A stretch of 64,000 nt of DNA from Octopus vulgaris (lineage: Eukaryota): the NCBI GenBank assembly GCA_951406725.2, contig OX597822.1, positions 84,506,001 to 84,570,000 on the forward strand. Reading direction: 5' to 3'. Shown one piece after another: positions 55,403 to 64,000 of this stretch (position 1 is its first letter; each line of letters begins with the position of its first letter). Below the pieces are notes generated by a model. That model saw only the letters and a program-made list of their open reading frames with translations. It was not told where the DNA came from and searched no databases. A program made the position numbers and the translations under genes.

Positions 55403-55635
55403 TGTGTGTATGTGTGTATGTATCTTAGTGTCTATGTTTGTCCCACCATCGTCTGACAACCGGAGTTGGTGTGTTTACGTCCCGTAAGTTAGTAGTTTGG
55501 CAAAGAGCTCGATAGAATAAGTAGCAAGCTTAAAGAAAATAAGTCCTGGGATCGAACTGTTTGACTAAAATCCTTCGAGGCGGTGCCCCAGTATGGTAGC
55601 AGTCTAATGACCGAAACAAATAAACGATAAAAAGG
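55212..55635 (+). mobile_element. SINE family A
   Basis: Full head, internal (TA)n, tail. Confidence 0.85.
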
Positions 55636-56858
55636 TTAAACCTCATCTGTTTCTATTTCCAAAGTAAATCCTAAAAGAAATTGAAGCCCAAGTAGAAAAG
55701 ATTGAGGTACATCTGAGGGAAAGAGATCGAGAATAACAGAGTGAGTAACCCCAAAGACTCGGAAGCGTAAGAAGCAGAAGGATTTTCAAGCAGTTGCCGG
55801 AATGAGTGGATAGTTAAGTAGTTTGCTGGGTAACTAGGTGGTTTCAGGTTCGTTCCCATTGTCCAAACCTTTTGGCTTGTACCTTCTGACAGAATCGTTG
55901 CATATCAAATTTTGGTTGATGGAAACTGTGCAGAAGTATGTCGGGTGGACCGTTCCAGTTTTGAGTTAATATCTGGCCCTTTGGTACCTTGAGCGGGTTC
56001 CTTTTTTTGTTGCAATCAATCAGGTCAGGGCTCCGATCTAATGAAACTTCTCCTCCGCCAATGGAGAGAGTGTTTTAGGCCCAGCACTTCCATCTCTGAC
56101 TAAGCTATAGACTGTTTCAAATGGGAATCGAAACAAATCTTTACCGATTTGTAATTACAAACTGCACAAACCATGGATGCACGCCATTAGCTGTTACAAA
56201 TAGTTTTAATCAATTCAAGAAGGATCAAACGAGAAAACCTCTCCTTAGTTACCTCACTCAACTTGCTAGAAATAGCGACCCAAACACCCTCTCTGTTTTA
56301 GAACTAGGACAACAAATAGAATAATGTAGTTTTAGGTAAAAAAGAAAAGAAAAAGGAAACAGAGTGAAGGATGAAAGGCAAAATGAACGTCGGTGGAATT
56401 TGAACTCAAAACGTCAAGACGGAGAAAATACCGCTAAGTTGCAGCTTACGTGCCTTGCAAAAGAAACAGAATTTTTGAAACCAGTTCAAATGGCTATCAT
56501 CAAAACTAATAAACAAATCCAGTGACGTCATTGGTGTGTATTATAATACCGCTGAGACTGTGATAGGGTTGTGTTATTGAGGTGTGTCGAGGCAATGTTA
56601 AGGGAAAACCAAACAACGAAACATTACAAGTCTTCAATTACATTAACCTCATAATTACATCAACATCTACAAACATCTTACCTGAGATATTCTCAACGTA
56701 TCATATAATAATGTGCTTGGCGGTGTACGGAGTTGTTGTGCTGACTTCTGAGGTACACAGACATCGATTGGTATACGTTCTGATGTGTGCGCACCAACCA
56801 GTTGAGTAGTTTTCGGTTGCTCGCTCGCACGCGCAAAAATTATCTACAAAAGCGTGGC

Positions 56859-56955
<97 letters not shown>

Positions 56956-57120
56956 GCGTGGCTGTATATATTTCTCTGTCTTTCTCTCTCTCCACAGACA
57001 CACACAAATATATGTAAATATAAAAAAAACGGAGAAGAAAGACTACAAGAAAAAACAACAACGTGAGGTCGTGGTACATGCAAAGTATTAATAAGACGCT
57101 CAGGGAAGGAAAGAAAGGGT

Positions 57121-57155
57121 GTTTTACGTTTCGAGCAAAGCTCTTCTTCGGAAAC
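57121..57155 (-). ncRNA. Minimal hammerhead-like motif
   Basis: gttt-CCGAAGA-a-gagc-ttt-gctc-GAAA-cg-TA-aaac: 4-bp stem I, 4-bp stem II, palindromic ACGT stem III. Confidence 0.6.
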
Positions 57156-57214
57156 AGGAGACAGAGGAAAGTCCAAAAGGAAAGGAAGAAGGAGAAAAAA
57201 AAAATCGCCAACAG

Positions 57215-57291
<77 letters not shown>

Positions 57292-57339
57292 CACGAATAT
57301 ACATCATTAATGACACACACACACACACACACACACACA

Positions 57340-57486
57340 GGCGTGGCTGTGTAGTAAGAAGCTTACTTTTCAATCATGCGATCTTGGATTAGGTGGCACC
57401 TTGGGCAAGTGTCCTCTACTGTAGTTTCAGGCCGACCAAAGCCTTGCTAAAGGATTTGGTAGACGGAAACTGAAAGAAGCTTATCG

Positions 57487-57517
<31 letters not shown>

Positions 57518-57775
57518 GCATAAACACAACAGAAGCGGTGGTCATGTAGTGGTGGGGGACAAACGCGCGCGCACGCACACATATATGCACACAATTTATA
57601 TATATATATATATATACGACGGGCTTCTTTTCAGTTTCCGTCAACCAAATCCAGTCACAAGGCTTTGGTCGACCCGTGGCTATAGTAGATGGCATTTGTC
57701 CAAGGTGCCACACAGCGGGACCAAACCTGGAACCATGTGCTAGCGAAACAAACTTCCCACCTCACAGCCCCGCCT
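57340..57775. mobile_element. Two partial SINE family A copies in inverted orientation
   Basis: + head 57340-57490, - copy 57530-57775. Confidence 0.8.
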
Positions 57776-58968
57776 TCGCCAATAAAAATTCCTATCAAAG
57801 CTATCTCCATACATTTTTCACTTCCAGAGACACATATATCTCCATATATCTCCATATCCAAATACGCTATTATATTCATAAATCTTCATTCCTTTCATGT
57901 CTGTAAGGTTTTTTTTCGCCATTCCTAACGTTTTCTTTACATCAAGGCTTGATGCTCGAACATCGTAGAATGTCTTAGACTTTTCGACGCCTCACAAATT
58001 TTTGCACACAACTCATTTTACTATTTGCTTTTTGATTTTTTTTCTTTGCTTTTCATTTCAAAAACTCCTCAGAGATTCTAAAGGTGAAGATATTTCTTTG
58101 TTGATGTCTATCTAGACGATACATCGTCATCATACCCGCCACCGCCGCCGCCACCACCATCACCACCACCACCACCACCACCACCACCACCACCACCACC
58201 ACCACCACCACCACCACCACCACCACCACCAACTTCCTTCTCTAAACAATCGATAAAAATTCCTTGTGGAAGCGGATGATTATATATAAAAAATATACCA
58301 TGAGAATCATGTCCCAGTGATGTTTTGTGGAGATCGATTCAATAATTTAAAGATTAATCAGAAGAGAAAGGTCAGTGTCCTTGACCTCTACGGATCTTTT
58401 CAAGAACAGAAATCATGTTTTATAGGATACGGTTGTAAGAATACAGGGATTATCCATGTCGAGTAACCCTTGAAGCGGAGATTTGGTTTAAAGTTTGTAT
58501 CAGATATCAAAGGAGCAGGCGGTAGAGATAAATATGGTGACCAGTTAGGTCTTATTCCCTAAAGAACAAGTTGAGGTATATTCCACCGGACGTGTTCCCT
58601 CAGTTTCTGTCTGTTTCCCTTACAAGGCTCAGGTGGATGGAAGACTGTTTAATAGAAAAAAAGAAAAAAGAAAAGATACTTGCCCAACGTGCTACGCAGT
58701 TTGAGATTGAACTCGAAAACTCAATCTTGCAATGCGAATCTCTGAACCATGTGGTCATGTCTAAGTATCCGCTCGACTTGTTACAAATAGCAGCCAAAAC
58801 TCCCTCAAATCACACCATATTATCTTAGATAAAGACACATTAAGGGATATGGTTTTAGGTTCCCTGTACTTTAAAAAGAAAAACGTGATGATCACGGCTG
58901 GAATGTCTGATTACCGATCTGCTCGATCAGAATTGACCCGAGGCTAAACAGAACAGCAGTAACTACAA

Positions 58969-59005
<37 letters not shown>

Positions 59006-59029
59006 GTCATCATCATCATCATCATCATC

Positions 59030-59120
<91 letters not shown>

Positions 59121-60539
59121 ACAACAACTACGACGACGACGACGACAACAACAGCCTGGTCTTAAATCAATGCCAGAGATCCTTATTATCTGCTGCAACA
59201 AAAATACTCATTCATTTTTTTGGGGTTTTCTTGAAATAAACAAAGAAAGGAGTCAGAAAACAAACGAAACAAACTTTTCTAACGTTGTCTCTCGATATTT
59301 TTTTTTTCGAAGTTTCACTGGAATTAGTCGCCATCTTGTCCAAAGATTTGCTTCATCAGAAATGCGTGAATCTGTCATCCTGTACACCCCGGCACTACCT
59401 CTACTGATAAAATATATAAAATAAAGAATGAAGGGGCTCCTCACCGCCACTGAACCCATCCACACCCCTATTAGCACAAGTAAACCATGGTTTCTATTTT
59501 GAGGTAAGAAGAACATAAAATCGGAATTTCTATCCTTCATTCTTTTCCCACACAAAGAGTATTTGCAATGTCAGGTGAAGGAGTCAATAAAAGAGCCTCT
59601 TTCTTTATGGTCGTTCGATCTGCTAGAAATAGGTAATCCGATCTCCTTCAAACTAGCTCCAACCAGTTCCCGATGCAAGGACACACTGTAACAAAGTGGC
59701 ACTAAATATACAAAACACAGGATGATCATGGTTGGAATGTCTTTAATCATAGAATTATTCGTGAAATTTTCTTCCAACCATGATTTATCGTTCTGAAAAA
59801 GAGAAAAACGACGAGAAAGAACTTACTCCACTCCACATCTCTCACTTCAATAAGACATCATTTTTGACGGCATAAAAGACGCACGGGTAGATTAGACGCA
59901 CCTTAATTTCAGCAAAGAATAATCAGTGACGGGTGGGGGTGGGAGTTTAAAGAGTTTAGCGCAGTCAAGTTTCTGGGAGGCCCAACTTCGCATATAGGAT
60001 AGTTTATTTGTAGCTATAATTAGTTCAGTCTGTTGGAGAACTAAACTTTCAGCTAATTTGAAAATCAAATCACTTCTCTCTAATTTCAGGAAGTACATAA
60101 GATCCTCAACTTTATAATGTGCAGTTAGAGATCGGGTTTCAATGTACAACAGGTCACGGGACACACACTGCGCTTCTAATGATTTTTCGATGTTCACTTA
60201 AGTGCAGACAATGGCATATACACACGCAACTTTCTCTCTTTCCTTCTTTCCCCGTCTTTTTATATATGTGTATACACATGCTTACATATACATACATACA
60301 TACATACATGCATGCATACATACATACATACATACATACATACATACATACATACATACATGCGTACACACATAAATACATACATACATGCATACATACC
60401 TATATACATACATACATACGCACACATACATGCATACAGATACACACGCAGATATTTATGTATGTATGTATGTATGTATGTATGTATGCGTGTGTGTCCT
60501 CTTTTTTTAAATCATTTAAATTCTTCCTCCTCAGAAGGA

Positions 60540-61050
60540 GCTGGTCTCTAATAAAGATACAAAGCTCCATCATCAGAATATACGATAATAAAAACAATTT
60601 CACATTTTAAACTTGAAGAAAGTCTTGTATATTTTGACTGTTCCACTTACAGATTGTAATTGTAATATGTGAATCAGTTTGGTTGATTTCTTTGTTCTGA
60701 AAACCCTAATGTGTCTAGATTGTCACTTAGTCATTTACTCACAAAACCAAGGGCGCCAGTTCTTATTGGTATAAATATGAAATTATAATCTGGATTATAG
60801 AAGCTAAAGGTTTCAAAGACGTTGTCCATAGTTATTCTCTTTCTCTTTGATTTTCAAAGAGATATTCACACCAGCAGGACAGTTGACCTCTAGGTCAGCT
60901 GTTCTGTCGATGTGACAGTACATACTTTTTCTTGTCAATTATGTTGTACAATTGAATAAATCTATAGATTTTAGTGAACTTAAAAATAACGTGGCTGATC
61001 CGTCATTTTCTGTCCACAGTGAGAGACAGTCATTTACGACTGTCCAGCTT
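60540..61050 (-). mobile_element. 3' fragment of R4/Dong-like LINE, same family as 30430-31080
   Basis: FIPIRTGALGFVSK..DNLDTLGF and LQLQSVSGTVKIYKTFFKF. Confidence 0.55.
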
Positions 61051-61468
61051 AATTAAGTGGAATTAACTTCAGCACACAGTATTGCCAGAAATCTATAAGT
61101 TTACTTTACACTAAATCATACGCACACACACACACTGGTCGGACTATATGAGAAAAGATATCATGGATATCAAATTGATTGCGTCTGGATAAAATAAGGA
61201 TATCATTGGTATTGAAACTAATTGATAAGTTGTATTGGATTTAGTAAATTATCGTTCACCGGCTAGGATTTGTGCGTTGCAGCAAGGAGAATCGGATTTT
61301 GGCATTAGTTGAAGCAGCTACAGCTTGTCAGATCTGAACTTGGCAAAGCAATCTCCATCTCACCCTCACAGGCTGATGGAGTGGCCTCTATTTCTGACAA
61401 TTCACAGAGAAGCAGTCAACATTCATATTGAGCGTTTCTTCCGTTCATTTCTATCAACAGATGTTTAC

Positions 61469-61534
<66 letters not shown>

Positions 61535-61823
61535 TATTTGTGGGTTTAGCATGCTAGCATTGTCATTCCACAAATAAAAAGAAATATATCCATCCACCAA
61601 ATGCAGCGTCGAGTACATGTTCTCGCTTCAGTCACATTCAGTTATTCTTTTAAAACAAGTCTTGAGGTTATTTGCGACAGCAGCACCAGAAAAGGCAATG
61701 ATATTCTATATATCGTTGACAAGGGAATCGGTTGCTATGACCTCGCTGGACGTCTGTCATTGACAAGGCCCAAAAAGGACGAAATCACGTGATTTAGCAG
61801 AAAAAAACCAGTAATGCTTTTTG

Positions 61824-61878
<55 letters not shown>

Positions 61879-61910
61879 CGTGCGTGTGTGTATATACATA
61901 TATGTATATG

Positions 61911-61974
<64 letters not shown>

Positions 61975-63013
61975 GTGTGTGTGTGTGTGTGTATCACTCT
62001 ATTATACATACACACACACACATATATATATATACACACATATATATATATATATACACATACATATGTATATATTTATATACACTCATATGCTTACATG
62101 CATATACGCACACCTGTATGTGTGTTTGCATATATAGTTATGCGTGTGTATGTGTATGTAAGCATGTATATGTGTGCTGATATTGCTAGGTACGTGGGTC
62201 TGTATGTAGTCATTTGCAGAACCCTAAGTGCAGATGAAACATGTGGCATGCCAATCATTATGGAACAATGGATGTAAAACCGATTAAGAAATATGTATTT
62301 TTAAAACATTGTTTAGCCTGTAAGGAGACTGGGTGAGGATAATCAATGACCTTTACAGGCCCACCCAGACTGGTGATGTCGGTACGCTTGATGTTCAACT
62401 TGCACTTTTGAAGAGGGGTGCTCGATGAAGAACATCGGTAGAGACGCACTAACAACGACCCCTCTATGTAATCACCTCAAATGCTAGAAATAGCTGCTAA
62501 ATCTCTTTAAAATACACTCTTCTGAATTTAAAAGGGAAGGTGAGAATGGACGGTGGACCATGTAATCTTTGGTTAGCCTTTTCTCGAGAGCAAGGCGAGA
62601 TGGTCGTGACTAGAATGTCTTAATAACGTCTGCTCTATCAGGAATGATCTGGGGACGAAGCAAAAACAACAATGAAGCGGCAGAAATAAACCAGTACGAA
62701 AGGTCCTATAACATCACTTAAAATGCTAGAAATGATAGCCAAATTTTTCTCAAATCATACACGCAGGGTCGTGTCCTGGAAATGACTTTAACCTGTCGAA
62801 GGATTCGAAAGAATTTGATTTAGCATAACCACCAGTACAAACTTAATAATAGTTTATTTTTGAACTTAACATATGCATATACAAACGCTAAGCCTTCAAA
62901 AAGCTAAATCAGAACATCATTATATATATATATAGTTGAAATTTATAGAAATTTATAGAAAAACAAAAGACGAAGACAGGTGTATTAGTTAGACGCTCGG
63001 GAAAATGAAAAAG

Positions 63014-63050
63014 GTTTTTACATTTCGAGCCTACGCTCTTCAACAGAAAC
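63014..63050 (-). ncRNA. Hammerhead-like motif, same family as 57121-57155
   Basis: gttt-CTGTTGA-a-gagc-gtag-gctc-GAAA-tg-TA-aaaac. Confidence 0.45.
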
Positions 63051-63109
63051 GAATAAGAGAAAATAAACAGAGAGAATGAAAAAAACTTTTAGATTTAGCA
63101 TTCAATAAA

Positions 63110-63520
<411 letters not shown>

Positions 63521-64000
63521 GTAATGTACTCTTCAAAACCAGTAAAATTTAAGTCAGTTATTCTTACTGAATAACATCGATTCCTATAAATTATTAGGCA
63601 GCAGAAGCAGAAAACACACTTAGGCATTCTATGTCACCAGAAGCCAACTTCTCACTGCAGAAATCTCTAATTCTGATGATGTGGATTCACTGGGGACTCA
63701 TTAACGACAGGGAATTTTGAGACACCGCGATATTTCGATCTTATTGTGTCTCCTCGTCTAAAGAGATAAGTTCTCAGATGACAAAAGCAACAGCGACTAG
63801 CATAATCACAGTCGAATCTGTCAGAACGTACTGAAAACGGATTCATTATAGCTTGGATTCTCACTGTTCTGCACACACCGCGTCAAATATTACCAGTTTG
63901 GCAGACATGAATGAATCGTGTGTGATATGAATATACATTATCTAAAGGGAGAAACTGGTCAGCGACGACGAAAAAGAAGCAGCGATAAGTACATTCATGT

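Noticed and set aside
59892-60197. 101-aa non-repetitive ORF
   Set aside because: No recognisable motif or convincing splice sites.

Overview
Eukaryotic, AT-rich, extremely microsatellite-dense genomic DNA; the SINE/LINE content suggests a cephalopod, probably Octopus (inference from repeat style, not verified). The only well-supported host gene is the 3' end of PSME3 (PA28-gamma): three GT-AG coding exons at 1724-1846, 3820-3906 and 7018-7098 on the + strand. The rest is a repeat landscape: three tRNA-derived SINE families, RTE, Tx1/L1 and R4/Dong-type LINE fragments, mariner, maT-like and hAT (Buster/Charlie) remnants, MITEs, non-autonomous Helitrons, a Penelope-like ORF fragment and a disabled von Willebrand factor A domain sequence. 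Most ORFs in the supplied track are microsatellite artefacts. The most striking unexplained signal is a set of about ten minimal hammerhead-ribozyme-like motifs (C-Y-G-A-N-G-A core, stem II, GAAA, palindromic mini stem III, UH) in short unique islands lodged in (TA)n/(CA)n tracts, including a 184-bp near-perfect palindrome that encodes one on each strand. All structures were read by eye; no folding or database search was run, and repeat boundaries are approximate.
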